NCBI GenBank assembly: GCA_049614485.1
Contig: JBMZDR010000008.1
Coordinates: 29,606-93,605, forward strand
DNA: 64,000 bases
DNA from: Flavobacteriaceae bacterium
GTDB lineage: Bacteria > Bacteroidota > Bacteroidia > Flavobacteriales > Flavobacteriaceae
Reading direction: 5' to 3'
Part shown: one piece after another, positions 17,477 through 27,597 of the stretch
Position numbering within the stretch: the stretch's first letter is position 1
Layout of the letters: every line of letters begins with the position of its first letter
Position numbers and translations under genes: made by a program
Notes under the pieces: generated by a model
What the model was told of the DNA's origin: nothing
The model's database searches: none
Seen by the model: only the letters and a program-made list of their open reading frames with translations

Positions 17477-18376
17477 TTAATTTTTATGTTTCAAATACCG
17501 TTTTTCTTCTCTATTTAAATAGCTCTCAAACTTCTTGGGAGTAGGTATTGTTAATGTTAAATTTTGTTTAGTAATAGGATGAGATAAACTAATTGTTGTT
17601 GCAGCTAAAAATAAGCCTTTGTGCATCATGACATTTTTAGGTGCGTAGAGTTTGTCGCCAACAATAGGAAATCCTAATTCTGATAAATGCACACGTAATT
17701 GATGTGTTCTACCAGTTTTAGGTGCTAGTTTTACTAAGGTGAGATGCTCGTTTTGTAAAGCATTAATTTGTGACACTGTTATGTACTCCGTTAATGCAGA
17801 TTGTGAATTGACATTAGTGGTTATAATACCAGATGAAGGTAATTTTCCAACAACAATGGCGTGATAAGTTTTCTGAATGGTTTTTGCTTCAAACTGATTA
17901 TGCAACTGTATTTGTGCTGACTTTGTTTTTGCAATTAATAAAATACCACTTGTCGGATTGTCCAAACGATGTACAGGTTTTGGGAAGTTTAAAGCATCAG
18001 GTTGAGTTGATGTTTTAAGGTTGTATGGTAATGCGTTTTCAATGGTTTTGTAGTAGTTTCCGTTTGTAGGAAATCCTGCGGGTTTATTTACTGCTGCAAA
18101 ATAATCATCTTCATAAATAAGCTCTAACTCCAATTGAAATACTTTTTTCGGATTGGTATCTGGAGCAATCAGTTGAATAAGTTGCCCGGCTTTAATCCAA
18201 TCGCTAGTTTCTGCAATAGCGCCATCTATTAAAATACATTTTTTAGCAATACACTTTTTTACGGCGCTTCTGCTTTGTAGTTTTTCAAATACAGTGCCAG
18301 CATATTCTTGTATGCGAATATGGTAATCACCTTCTGGTACGATATGTTTTTCTAGGATAATCATTGATTTAAACAA
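17477..18376 (-). CDS. RluA-family pseudouridine synthase
   Basis: Catalytic motif HRLDNPTSG, plus GRTHQLRVH. Confidence 0.85.
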   Translation of the reverse strand: MFKSMIILEKHIVPEGDYHIRIQEYAGTVFEKLQSRSAVKKCIAKKCILIDGAIAETSDWIKAGQLIQLIAPDTNPKKVFQLELELIYEDDYFAAVNKPAGFPTNGNYYKTIENALPYNLKTSTQPDALNFPKPVHRLDNPTSGILLIAKTKSAQIQLHNQFEAKTIQKTYHAIVVGKLPSSGIITTNVNSQSALTEYITVSQINALQNEHLTLVKLAPKTGRTHQLRVHLSELGFPIVGDKLYAPKNVMMHKGLFLAATTISLSHPITKQNLTLTIPTPKKFESYLNREEKRYLKHKN

Positions 18377-18403
18377 AGATAATAGAATAGGGTGGATGAT
18401 AAT

Positions 18404-18436
18404 AAAAAACGCTTCTCATTTGAGAAGCGTTTTTTG
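18404..18436 (-). terminator. Rho-independent terminator after purA
   Basis: AAAAAACGCTTCTC-ATTT-GAGAAGCGTTTTTT; symmetric A/T runs. Confidence 0.8.
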
Positions 18437-18462
18437 TGTTTTTCAAAAGACAGTAGTGTCTC

Positions 18463-19734
18463 TTATCTGTGTATTGTTTGAGTTCTGTCTGGTCCTACAG
18501 AAACAATTTTAATTGGAATTTCTAATTCTTTTTCTAAAAATGCGATATATTCATTCAATTCTTTAGGGAACTGACTTGCCTCAGTCATTTTAGTTAAATC
18601 TTCTTTCCAACATGGGAACTTTGTGTATATCGGAGTGATATTTTCTGGTTCAATATTATATGGTAAATGCGTAATTGTTTCACCTTTATAGTTGTATGCT
18701 GTACATACTTCTAAGCCGTCAAACCCAGAAAGCACATCACCTTTCATCATCATTAACTGAGTTACGCCGTTAACCTGACATGCATATTTTAAGGCTACTA
18801 AATCTAGCCAACCACAACGTCTTGGACGGCCAGTTACAGCACCAAACTCACGACCAACTTTAGCCATTTCTAAACCAGTGTCATCAAATAATTCAGTAGG
18901 GAATGGTCCAGAACCTACACGTGTTGTATAAGCTTTAAATATTCCGTAAACTTCTTTAATTTTATTAGGTGCAACTCCTAAACCTGTACAAGCTCCAGAA
19001 GCTGTAGTGTTTGAAGATGTTACAAACGGGTATGTTCCAAAATCAATATCTAATAAAGACCCTTGTGCACCTTCTGCAAGAATAGTTTTACCTGCTTTTA
19101 AAGCTTGGTTTAAATACTCTTCACTATCAATAAATTGTAATTCTTTTAATTTTTCAACGGCTGCAAAAAATTCTGCTTCCATTTCTGCTAAGTCATATTG
19201 CACATCAACATTATAAAAGCTAATCATAGCTTCATGCTTGTTGGCAAGACTTCTGTATTTTTCTTTCCAATCAGATAACTCTAAATCGCCAATTCTAATT
19301 CCGTTTCTACCAGTTTTATCCATGTAAGTTGGACCAATACCTTTTAATGTAGAACCAATTTTAGCTTTACCTTTTGACGCTTCAGAAGCCGCATCAAGTA
19401 AACGGTGTGTTGGTAAAATAACGTGTGCTTTACGAGAGATAATTAGTTTTGATTTGTAATCAATGTCAAACTGATCTAAACCTTCCAATTCCTGAACAAA
19501 AACAACAGGGTCAATAACGACTCCATTACCAATTACATTAATTGATTTTTTATGAAAAATCCCTGATGGAATAGTTCTTAAAACGTGTTTGATGCCGTCA
19601 AACTCTAAAGTGTGCCCTGCATTTGGACCTCCTTGAAAGCGAGCGATAATATCATAATCTGCGGTAAGTACGTCAACAATTTTACCTTTACCTTCGTCTC
19701 CCCATTGTAAACCTAGTAGTAAATCTACTGCCAT
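18463..19734 (-). CDS. purA: Adenylosuccinate synthase
   Basis: QWGDEGKGKIVD P-loop, GPNAGHT, GIGPTY, TGRPRRCGWLD. Confidence 0.96.
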   Translation of the reverse strand: MAVDLLLGLQWGDEGKGKIVDVLTADYDIIARFQGGPNAGHTLEFDGIKHVLRTIPSGIFHKKSINVIGNGVVIDPVVFVQELEGLDQFDIDYKSKLIISRKAHVILPTHRLLDAASEASKGKAKIGSTLKGIGPTYMDKTGRNGIRIGDLELSDWKEKYRSLANKHEAMISFYNVDVQYDLAEMEAEFFAAVEKLKELQFIDSEEYLNQALKAGKTILAEGAQGSLLDIDFGTYPFVTSSNTTASGACTGLGVAPNKIKEVYGIFKAYTTRVGSGPFPTELFDDTGLEMAKVGREFGAVTGRPRRCGWLDLVALKYACQVNGVTQLMMMKGDVLSGFDGLEVCTAYNYKGETITHLPYNIEPENITPIYTKFPCWKEDLTKMTEASQFPKELNEYIAFLEKELEIPIKIVSVGPDRTQTIHR

Positions 19735-19755
19735 TGTGTGTTATTTAGTGTGTTG

Positions 19756-20199
19756 TTATTTAGTTTTTTTTGTTCCGTAAAAATATAAGGAATGGTTGTG
19801 AACATCAATATCAAATACGTCTTCTATAGTTTTTTTGATAGATTGAATTCTTGGATCACAAAATTCTAAAACCTCGCCAGTATCTGTAAGGATGACATGG
19901 TCATGGTTTTTATCAAAATAAGACTTTTCATAATGCGCTTGATTGTCACCAAACTGATGCTTTCTTACCAGACCACAATTTAGAAGCAACTCAATGGTGT
20001 TGTAGAGTGTAGCTCTACTTACACGATATTTCTTCATTTTCATCATGATGTATAATGATTCAATATCAAAATGATCATTACTACTGTAAATTTCATTTAA
20101 AATTGCGTATCGTTCCGGCGTTTTACGATGCCCATTTTCTTCTAAATAGCTTGTAAATACCGTTTTAACGATTTCTTGATTGTTGTCTTTTTCTTCCAT
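19756..20199 (-). CDS. fur: Fur-family transcriptional regulator
   Basis: 147 aa winged-helix protein ([14 protein letters not shown]) with His-rich metal-site residues (HDHVI, HNH). Metal specificity cannot be told from the sequence. Confidence 0.78.
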   Translation of the reverse strand: MEEKDNNQEIVKTVFTSYLEENGHRKTPERYAILNEIYSSNDHFDIESLYIMMKMKKYRVSRATLYNTIELLLNCGLVRKHQFGDNQAHYEKSYFDKNHDHVILTDTGEVLEFCDPRIQSIKKTIEDVFDIDVHNHSLYFYGTKKTK

Positions 20200-20221
20200 T
20201 AATTTTAAAAATTGGAACGCA

Positions 20222-20229
20222 CAAATTTA
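20222..20229 (-). promoter_or_regulatory. Candidate -7 promoter box (TAAATTTG on minus strand) for fur-purA
   Basis: Matches TAnnTTTG; 22 nt upstream of the fur ATG. Confidence 0.3.
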
Positions 20230-20337
20230 CAATTAATTATGGCATTACCAACGAATTATTTTTGATTAAATAACATAAGGTTATTAACAATCAAATGAGG
20301 GCGTTTATTTTGTTACAGATGTTTGAAAAAGAACAGT

Positions 20338-22542
20338 TTAAATTCTTTTGACACGATCTATACCATTAATTTTTTGAATGTTATTAATGAGCTTATCTAT
20401 GGTTTTTTTATTTTTCACAGAAACTGTAATATGACCAGTAAAAATACCATCATCTGTTTCAAAACTAATTTTTTTAATATTCACATTCATATTGTTAGAA
20501 ATCACCATTGTTAAATTGTTTACAAGCCCTAATTGATCTATCCCAGTAATTACTAAGTCGGTGAAATATTCTTGTTGTGAAGAGTCTATCCATTTTGCTT
20601 TGATAATTCTGTATGCATAATTGGCTTGCATACTTACAGCGTTTGGACAATTATTTTTATGTACTTTAATCCCCTCGCTTACGGTTACAAAACCGAATAC
20701 TTGGTCGCCAGGAATTGGATTACAGCAACTTGATAATTTATAGTTTAGTTTCTCTTCTTCTTTACCAAAAACTAATAAATCATATTTGTGAGTGATCTCT
20801 TCTTTATTCAGCTCCTCTTGACTACTTTTCTTTCTGGTCCGTTTTTTAAAGAAACTAATAAATGCATTACTACGTTCAGCAGCAAAATCTTTTAATTTCT
20901 TGTTATCGATATTGCCTAACCCAGCTCTATAAAAAAGATCTAAACTTGTTTTTAATTCCAAAAAAGACACCAGTTCATTAACGCTTTTTTCGTTTAAAGT
21001 AATTTTTAATTGTTTTAACTTTCTTGTGAGTAGTTCTTTACCGTCAGAAGCGATACGTTTCTTTTCATCTTTTAGTGATGATTTTATTTTAGATTTTGCT
21101 CTGGCTGTAGTGACATACTCTAACCAGTTTGAACTTGGTTTTGTATTTTCGGAAGTAATAACTTCTACCTGATCACCACTTTTTAAGACATGACTTAACG
21201 GGACAAGTTTTCCGTTAACCTTCGTGCCTCGAGTTTTGTATCCAATTTGTGTGTGTATGCTAAAAGCAAAATCTAATGAGGTAGCACCTTTTGGTAATGA
21301 TTTTAAATCTCCTTTTGGTGTGAACACAAAAATTTCTTTAGCGTATAAATTTAATTTAAACTGTTCAATAAAATCTACGGCATTGGCTTCATGGTTTTCT
21401 AAGGCTTCTTGAAGCTTCACTAACCATTCATCTAGACCTCCTTCATCATTTGCGCCTTGTTTGTATTTATAATGTGCAGCATAGCCTTTTTCGGCTATTT
21501 CATTCATGCGTTCAGAACGAATTTGAACTTCAACCCACCTTCCTTTAGGACCCATTACAGTAATATGTAATGCCTCATAACCCGTAGATTTAGGACTAGA
21601 AATCCAGTCACGTAAGCGTACAGGATTTGGACGGTAATGATCTGTTACAATTGAATAAATTTTCCAGGCAATGAATTTTTCTTGTTCTTGATTACAGTTA
21701 TAAATTATTCTTACTGCAAATTTATCATACACTTCTTCAAAAGTGACGTTTTGTTTGAGCATTTTCTTTCTGATTGAAAAAATAGATTTCGGACGTCCCT
21801 TAATTTGGAATTCTATATTTTGATTGAGTAAACTGTCTTTTATAGATTCATTAAAGGTTTTAATATAGTTGTTTTGTTCTTCTTTAGATTCTATTGTTTT
21901 TTCAAGAATACTATTGTAAACTTCTGGTTCGGTATATTTTAAACTTAAGTCTTCTAACTCGGTCTTTATGTTGTAAAGCCCCATTCTGTGTGCTAGTGGT
22001 GCATAAATGTATAAAGTTTCAGAAGCAATTTTCACTTGCTTATAACCAGGCATAGAGCCCATGGTTTGCATGTTGTGTAAACGATCTGCGATTTTTATAA
22101 TAATTACACGAACATCATCATGCAATGTCAATAGCATTTTTCTGAAATTCTCAGCTTGTAAAGAGACATCTGCTTCACTTTGTAGTTTAGAAATTTTGGT
22201 TAACCCATCTACAATTCGGGCAACAGTTTCGCCAAATAGACGTTCCATGTCATTTAGTGTGAAATCAGTATCTTCAACGACATCGTGCAATAAAGCTGCT
22301 GCAATAGAAGTAGCGTCTAAACCAATTTCAGCAGCTACTATTTTTGCTACTGCTATAGGGTGAAAAATATAGGCTTCGCCACTTTTTCTACGTTGGTCTT
22401 TATGAGCATCTACAGCTGTGTTAAAAGCCAATCGAATCAATTTTTTATCCTCATCAGTTAAAGATTGGTAACTGATTTTTAAAAGATTTCTATATTCGGC
22501 TGCAATGGCTGCGTTTTCTTGTTCTATTTCTACGTCTGTCAT
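20338..22542 (-). CDS. relA: Bifunctional (p)ppGpp synthetase/hydrolase (RelA/SpoT homologue)
   Basis: 734 aa. HD hydrolase domain (HDVVEDT), synthetase domain (RPKSIFSIRKKM, YRPNP..RDWIS), TGS and C-terminal ACT regions. Confidence 0.94.
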   Translation of the reverse strand: MTDVEIEQENAAIAAEYRNLLKISYQSLTDEDKKLIRLAFNTAVDAHKDQRRKSGEAYIFHPIAVAKIVAAEIGLDATSIAAALLHDVVEDTDFTLNDMERLFGETVARIVDGLTKISKLQSEADVSLQAENFRKMLLTLHDDVRVIIIKIADRLHNMQTMGSMPGYKQVKIASETLYIYAPLAHRMGLYNIKTELEDLSLKYTEPEVYNSILEKTIESKEEQNNYIKTFNESIKDSLLNQNIEFQIKGRPKSIFSIRKKMLKQNVTFEEVYDKFAVRIIYNCNQEQEKFIAWKIYSIVTDHYRPNPVRLRDWISSPKSTGYEALHITVMGPKGRWVEVQIRSERMNEIAEKGYAAHYKYKQGANDEGGLDEWLVKLQEALENHEANAVDFIEQFKLNLYAKEIFVFTPKGDLKSLPKGATSLDFAFSIHTQIGYKTRGTKVNGKLVPLSHVLKSGDQVEVITSENTKPSSNWLEYVTTARAKSKIKSSLKDEKKRIASDGKELLTRKLKQLKITLNEKSVNELVSFLELKTSLDLFYRAGLGNIDNKKLKDFAAERSNAFISFFKKRTRKKSSQEELNKEEITHKYDLLVFGKEEEKLNYKLSSCCNPIPGDQVFGFVTVSEGIKVHKNNCPNAVSMQANYAYRIIKAKWIDSSQQEYFTDLVITGIDQLGLVNNLTMVISNNMNVNIKKISFETDDGIFTGHITVSVKNKKTIDKLINNIQKINGIDRVKRI

Positions 22543-22626
22543 ATATCTAAGATATAATAAGTACTACAGTTCTGCAATATTTTTTTATGAATTCTATAAA
22601 GAATGAACTATGCCAAAAAATCAATG

Positions 22627-22634
22627 TATATTTG
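22627..22634 (+). promoter_or_regulatory. Candidate -7 promoter box TATATTTG for the DEAD-box helicase gene
   Basis: Matches TAnnTTTG; implies a leader of roughly 100 nt. Confidence 0.35.
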
Positions 22635-22740
22635 CAGCTACAAAATGTAACACCATAGATGTGTTACAGGGTAAAATCACTGACAGATTACAATGTCAGA
22701 ATAACATAAAAGCCAAAAAAGGCTTATTTAAAAATAACAT

Positions 22741-24036
22741 ATGACATTTGAATCTTTAGGATTATCAACAGCATTAGTAAAAGCTGTTGAAAAAAAAGGG
22801 TATACTGAGCCTTCACCAATTCAGCAAAAAGCAATCCCATTAATTATTGACGGAAAAGATGTATTAGCATCTGCACAAACAGGAACTGGTAAAACAGCTG
22901 GGTTTACCTTACCAATGTTGCATAAATTAGTTGCCGAAAATAAATGGAAAAGACGCCCAATTAGAGCACTTGTATTAACGCCAACGCGTGAATTGGCAGC
23001 GCAAGTTTATGATAATGTAAGAGCGTATAGTGAATATTTGAACATCAAATCAATGGTAATTTTTGGTGGTGTAAATCAAAAACCACAAATTAGAGCCTTA
23101 AGAGATGGTGTAGATGTGTTGGTAGCTACTCCTGGTAGGCTGTTGGATTTACAAAGTCAAGGAGCGTTATCTTTAGGTAAAATAGAGTTCTTAGTATTAG
23201 ATGAAGCAGACCGTATGTTAGATATGGGGTTCTTAAGAGATATTAAAAAGGTATTAGAGCTTGTGCCGAAAGAAAGACAAACATTATTGTTCTCAGCTAC
23301 TTTTTCAAAAGAAATTAAATCGTTTGCTAGCAGTATTTTAAGAAATCCAGTAGCTGTTGAAGCTGCCCCAGAAAATACAACAGCTGAAAAAGTTGTTCAA
23401 AAAGTTTATCGCGTTGATAAGGGTAAGAAAACCGAATTAATTATTAAACTGATTGCCGACGGTAAATGGAAACAAGTTTTAGTGTTTACACGTACCAAGC
23501 ATGGCGCAAACAGATTGACCGAAAAAATGAATAAAAAAGGCATTACTGCTGCAGCTATTCATGGTAATAAAAGTCAGAATGCCAGAACCAAAGCTCTGGA
23601 GGGCTTTAAGACAAATAAAGTAAGGGTTTTAGTTGCAACTGATATTGCTGCTCGAGGTTTAGATATTCCGTTATTGCCACATGTTATTAATTTTGAACTG
23701 CCAAATGTCCCAGAAGATTATGTACATAGAATTGGTAGAACAGGTAGAGCAGGAGCAAGTGGTGAAGCGTTGTCATTGGTTTGTGGCGAGGAGAGAGAGT
23801 ATTTGAAAAGTATTGAAAAACTTTTAGGAGAAAAAATGCCAACGTCTTCAATTGAAGGATATGAGCCAAGTAAAGAAGATTTAGAAAGCACACCTATAAA
23901 AGGAAAGGCCCAAAAGAAATCTTCAAGAGGTGGTAATTCAAGGAGAGGTTCCTCTAACAGTAATAATTCAAATAGAAGACGAACAGGCGGTGGAAGCGCT
24001 AATAAAAACAAGTCAAGACGTCCACGAAGAGATTAG
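22741..24036 (+). CDS. rhlE: DEAD-box ATP-dependent RNA helicase (RhlE-like) with a basic RG/N-rich tail
   Basis: Q motif, [25 protein letters not shown]; C-terminal [24 protein letters not shown]. Confidence 0.92.
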   Translation: MTFESLGLSTALVKAVEKKGYTEPSPIQQKAIPLIIDGKDVLASAQTGTGKTAGFTLPMLHKLVAENKWKRRPIRALVLTPTRELAAQVYDNVRAYSEYLNIKSMVIFGGVNQKPQIRALRDGVDVLVATPGRLLDLQSQGALSLGKIEFLVLDEADRMLDMGFLRDIKKVLELVPKERQTLLFSATFSKEIKSFASSILRNPVAVEAAPENTTAEKVVQKVYRVDKGKKTELIIKLIADGKWKQVLVFTRTKHGANRLTEKMNKKGITAAAIHGNKSQNARTKALEGFKTNKVRVLVATDIAARGLDIPLLPHVINFELPNVPEDYVHRIGRTGRAGASGEALSLVCGEEREYLKSIEKLLGEKMPTSSIEGYEPSKEDLESTPIKGKAQKKSSRGGNSRRGSSNSNNSNRRRTGGGSANKNKSRRPRRD

Positions 24037-24042
24037 TTTGCT

Positions 24043-24279
24043 ATGGAACAACAGAAAAATAACCCCTTACATGGTGTGAAACTAGCAACAATTGTAGAAG
24101 AGTTGGTAGAATATTATGGATGGGACCATTTAGGAACACAAATTAATATCCGTTGTTTTAATGATAATCCTTCGGTAAAATCGAGCTTGAAGTTTTTAAG
24201 ACGCACACCCTGGGCAAGAAATAAAGTGGAGCACTTATATTTGTACATGCTTCGTAAAAGTGGTAGAAATAAAAAATAA
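24043..24279 (+). CDS. VF530/DUF2132 family small nucleic-acid-binding protein
   Basis: [54 protein letters not shown], the recognisable DUF2132 pattern; 6 nt after rhlE. Confidence 0.75.
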   Translation: MEQQKNNPLHGVKLATIVEELVEYYGWDHLGTQINIRCFNDNPSVKSSLKFLRRTPWARNKVEHLYLYMLRKSGRNKK

Positions 24280-24290
24280 TTATTACGCAT

Positions 24291-24325
24291 AAAAAAAGCC
24301 CAATCAATAATGATTGGGCTTTTTG
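24291..24325. terminator. Bidirectional rho-independent terminator
   Basis: A7-GCCCAATCA-ATAA-TGATTGGGC-T5, between the convergent VF530 and csp genes. Confidence 0.85.
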
Positions 24326-24343
24326 TTTTTGAAAATAGATATT

Positions 24344-24535
24344 TTATAAAACGCTTACATTTACTGCGTTCATTCCTTTTTTACCTTCTTCTAAATCAAA
24401 TTCTACTTCGTCTCCTTCGCGAATTTCATCTACTAATCCTGTAACGTGTACAAAATACTCTTTACCTGAACCTTCTTCTGTAATAAATCCGAAACCTTTA
24501 GTGTCGTTGAAGAATTTTACTGTTCCTTTATTCAT
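24344..24535 (-). CDS. cspA: Cold-shock protein (CspA family)
   Basis: 63 aa; GTVKFFNDTKGFGFI (RNP1) and YFVHV (RNP2). Confidence 0.94.
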   Translation of the reverse strand: MNKGTVKFFNDTKGFGFITEEGSGKEYFVHVTGLVDEIREGDEVEFDLEEGKKGMNAVNVSVL

Positions 24536-24589
24536 TGTTTGTGTATTAATTATTAATTATTGTATTCAATACAAATGTAGTGCCAAAAA

Positions 24590-25066
24590 TTAGATACTCA
24601 ATCTATTTATTGAAATATTATAATCATACTGCAAATCTTCATGTAATGCGAGTGTTTTCTTCTTAACAGACTCTAATTCTCGTTTATAGATGTTTAATAA
24701 GACAGTATTGCGTTTAATAGAAGGAGTAAACTCACTGAGTTTTTTACAGAAATATAGGAGTAAAGTAATTTCTGTTTCTTTATTTTTTGAATAGCGAATG
24801 TACTTTTTAATGTTTCTTAATATTTTCCGAACACTTTTTTTAATAAAGTAATAGGTTTTAGTGTTGATGTTTTCAAACTGTTCGTCTATTTCAATTTTTA
24901 CAGTATCAATATAATGATCTTCATGATCTGATTCAAATAGTAAATAGGTGAGTAGCTCTTTGTTTTCTTTTTTGAACTTAGATAATTGTAAGCACAACTC
25001 TATTAACTCATCTTTTGACTGTTGTTTCAATTCAGTTTTTATATCTTTAACACTAGCGACTTTCAT
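24590..25066 (-). CDS. Hypothetical helical protein
   Basis: 158 aa, K/E-rich. Its start lies 1 nt from the chrA stop, suggesting co-transcription. No family recognised. Confidence 0.5.
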   Translation of the reverse strand: MKVASVKDIKTELKQQSKDELIELCLQLSKFKKENKELLTYLLFESDHEDHYIDTVKIEIDEQFENINTKTYYFIKKSVRKILRNIKKYIRYSKNKETEITLLLYFCKKLSEFTPSIKRNTVLLNIYKRELESVKKKTLALHEDLQYDYNISINRLSI

Positions 25067-25067
25067 A

Positions 25068-26189
25068 TTATATCAAAGTTAACACATATCCGATTAAAGC
25101 GCCTCCAATTACAATAGATGCGCTATTTAGTTTTTTAAATACAAACACTCCAATTAAACTTAATATTGCGATAAGTATGGTTCTCCAATCCATTAAGGTG
25201 TCTTTGCACATATCAAAACTTACTGCAAAAATTAAGGCTACTGCAGCAACATTTACAGCGTTTAAAAATGCACTAATAACATTAGATTTTCGTAGTTTAG
25301 GAATTATAGGGTTGAGAAGTAATACAAATAAAAAGGAAGGTAAGAATATTCCTAACGTTGCTGCTAAGGCTCCTGATACGCCATTCATCTGCCAACCAAT
25401 AAATGTAGCTGTAGATAAAACAGGGCCAGGTGTAAATTGACCAACTGCTACGGCATCTATCAATTCTTGTCGTGTTAGCCATCCATTTGCAACGAGTTCA
25501 GTATCAAGAAAAGCAAATAATACATAACCGCTCCCGTATAGAATAGCTCCAATTTTAAAAAACGTTAATAGTATTTTAAGACTTCCTATTTTTATAGGAT
25601 TGCTTATTTGAAACAGCAACAATGGTATAAATGTGTGTAATGAGTTTTGTTTTTCTTTGTAGTAGTACAGTAATAGACCTATAAGGCCACAGCCAAATAA
25701 TGCGCCTATTTCATTTAAACCACATAAACAGGCAATAAGAGTTATTATTCCTAAAATTCCTAGCTCAGTAGTTTTTACTGCTTTTTTAGCTAACCGATAG
25801 CCCGCCATTATAATTAAAGCAATAACTGCGGGTTTTATACCGTAGATAAAAGGTTCAACCTCTGGTAAGTGTCCGTACGTTTGGTACAGCCACGCAAATA
25901 ACATTGTAATTAAAATTGCTGGTGTAATGAAACATACTCCAGCAATAAATAAACCTCTCCAGCCACCACGTTCATAACCACAGTGCATGGTCATTTCTGT
26001 AGAATTTGGTCCTGGAATTAAGTTTGTAGCACCAATAAGATCTAGAAAGTGTTCTTGTGTAAACCATTGTCGTTTATGAACAACTTCATCTTCCATCATG
26101 GCAATATGTGCAGCTGGCCCACCAAATGAAATACAACCTAACTTGAAAAATAATTGTGCAATTTCTAACAGATTTCCTTTTCTCTGCAT
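25068..26189 (-). CDS. chrA: Chromate transporter (CHR family, two-domain ChrA)
   Basis: FFKLGCISFGGPAAHIAMM at the N-terminus; second-half repeat FFKIGAILYGSGYV. Confidence 0.85.
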   Translation of the reverse strand: MQRKGNLLEIAQLFFKLGCISFGGPAAHIAMMEDEVVHKRQWFTQEHFLDLIGATNLIPGPNSTEMTMHCGYERGGWRGLFIAGVCFITPAILITMLFAWLYQTYGHLPEVEPFIYGIKPAVIALIIMAGYRLAKKAVKTTELGILGIITLIACLCGLNEIGALFGCGLIGLLLYYYKEKQNSLHTFIPLLLFQISNPIKIGSLKILLTFFKIGAILYGSGYVLFAFLDTELVANGWLTRQELIDAVAVGQFTPGPVLSTATFIGWQMNGVSGALAATLGIFLPSFLFVLLLNPIIPKLRKSNVISAFLNAVNVAAVALIFAVSFDMCKDTLMDWRTILIAILSLIGVFVFKKLNSASIVIGGALIGYVLTLI

Positions 26190-26222
26190 AGTAAACGGAA
26201 TGTACTTTAGAGTAATTAGTAT

Positions 26223-27458
26223 TTAATACCAGCGTTTCTTTTTCTTTTTAGACCCTTCAGATTTTCTGCTCTTTTTATGTTTGCTTCCTTGTTTTTTATG
26301 AACTTGAGGTTTTGCTTTAGGATCTAAAGGAAACGGGTGTTCTTCTTCAATAGGAATAATTTTATTAATGGTTTTTTGAATAGCTGTTACATACACTTTT
26401 TCGTCTGCAGAACATAATGAATAAGCAACACCTTTACTGCCTGCTCTTCCAGTTCTACCAATACGGTGTACATAGGTTTCAGGTACATTGGGCATGTCAA
26501 AATTGATAACGGCATCTAGTTCCTTTATGTCAATTCCTCTTGAAGCAACATCAGTTGCAATTAGAATATTTGCACGACCTCTTTTAAAATCATTCATAGC
26601 TTCTTGACGTTCGCTTTGTGCTTTGTCTCCATGAATTGAAACCACCTTATAACCGTTGTTTGATAATGATTTTTCAAGTTTGTCAACACCGTATTTTGTG
26701 CGTCTGAAAATTAAAATATTCCCATTTATTGTAGTTCTTAATAAATGTAAACACAACTCTATTTTTTGTGGTTTTGGCGTGTAATATAATATTTGACTAA
26801 CTGTTTTGGTAGTTGAAGATGTGGGTGAGACCTCTACTTTTTCTGGGTTAGTTAAAATAGTATTAGCTAAATCTACAACTTTATGAGGCATTGTTGCAGA
26901 AAATAATAATGTCTGCTTGTTAGCAGGACACAAACGTTCTATTTTTCTAACGTCGTCAATGAACCCCATGTCTAGCATTAAATCGGCTTCATCTAATACG
27001 AAGGTTTCAATATAATCGAGATTGATTATATCTTGCTTATGTAAATCTAACAACCTACCTGGGGTCGCAATTAAAATATCAATACCTCTTTTAATAATTT
27101 CTTTTTGAGGTTCAATAGATGTACCTCCAAAAATAACAGCAGATTTTAAATTTGTGAATTTGCTATAACGGTTAAAGTTTTCGTTAATTTGAATAGCTAA
27201 CTCTCGGGTGGGACTCACAATTAAAGCTCTAGTTTTTTTACCTTTTTTACCAGCTTCTTGTTTATCATATAATAGCTGTAAAATAGGTAAAGCAAATGCT
27301 GCTGTTTTACCTGTACCGGTTTGTGCAGAAGCAATGACATCTTTTTTATCTAAAATTAATGGGATAGTATACTCTTGAATAGGGGTAGGAACTTCGTATT
27401 TTTTTTCAGAAAGAGCCTTTAAAATAGGTTTGTTAAGCTTTAAATCTTTAAACGTCAT
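26223..27458 (-). CDS. DEAD-box ATP-dependent RNA helicase (second paralogue) with a K-rich tail
   Basis: [25 protein letters not shown]; C-terminal KKQGSKHKKSRKSEGSKKKKKRW. Confidence 0.92.
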   Translation of the reverse strand: MTFKDLKLNKPILKALSEKKYEVPTPIQEYTIPLILDKKDVIASAQTGTGKTAAFALPILQLLYDKQEAGKKGKKTRALIVSPTRELAIQINENFNRYSKFTNLKSAVIFGGTSIEPQKEIIKRGIDILIATPGRLLDLHKQDIINLDYIETFVLDEADLMLDMGFIDDVRKIERLCPANKQTLLFSATMPHKVVDLANTILTNPEKVEVSPTSSTTKTVSQILYYTPKPQKIELCLHLLRTTINGNILIFRRTKYGVDKLEKSLSNNGYKVVSIHGDKAQSERQEAMNDFKRGRANILIATDVASRGIDIKELDAVINFDMPNVPETYVHRIGRTGRAGSKGVAYSLCSADEKVYVTAIQKTINKIIPIEEEHPFPLDPKAKPQVHKKQGSKHKKSRKSEGSKKKKKRWY

Positions 27459-27556
27459 AGAGGTGTTTTAAACAAAATGTATGGCAAAGATACTCTAAAA
27501 ATAGATGTGAAATTAAATTGATATAATTTGGCCTGTAAGACGATGCATAATACATG

Positions 27557-27597
27557 AAAAAAAGCCGCATTCAAGTTGTAAGGATGAATACGGCTTT
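27557..27597 (-). terminator. Rho-independent terminator about 270 nt downstream of trpA
   Basis: Minus strand AAAGCCGTATTCA-11 nt-TGAATGCGGCTTT followed by T7 (one mismatch in a 13-bp stem). Confidence 0.65.
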
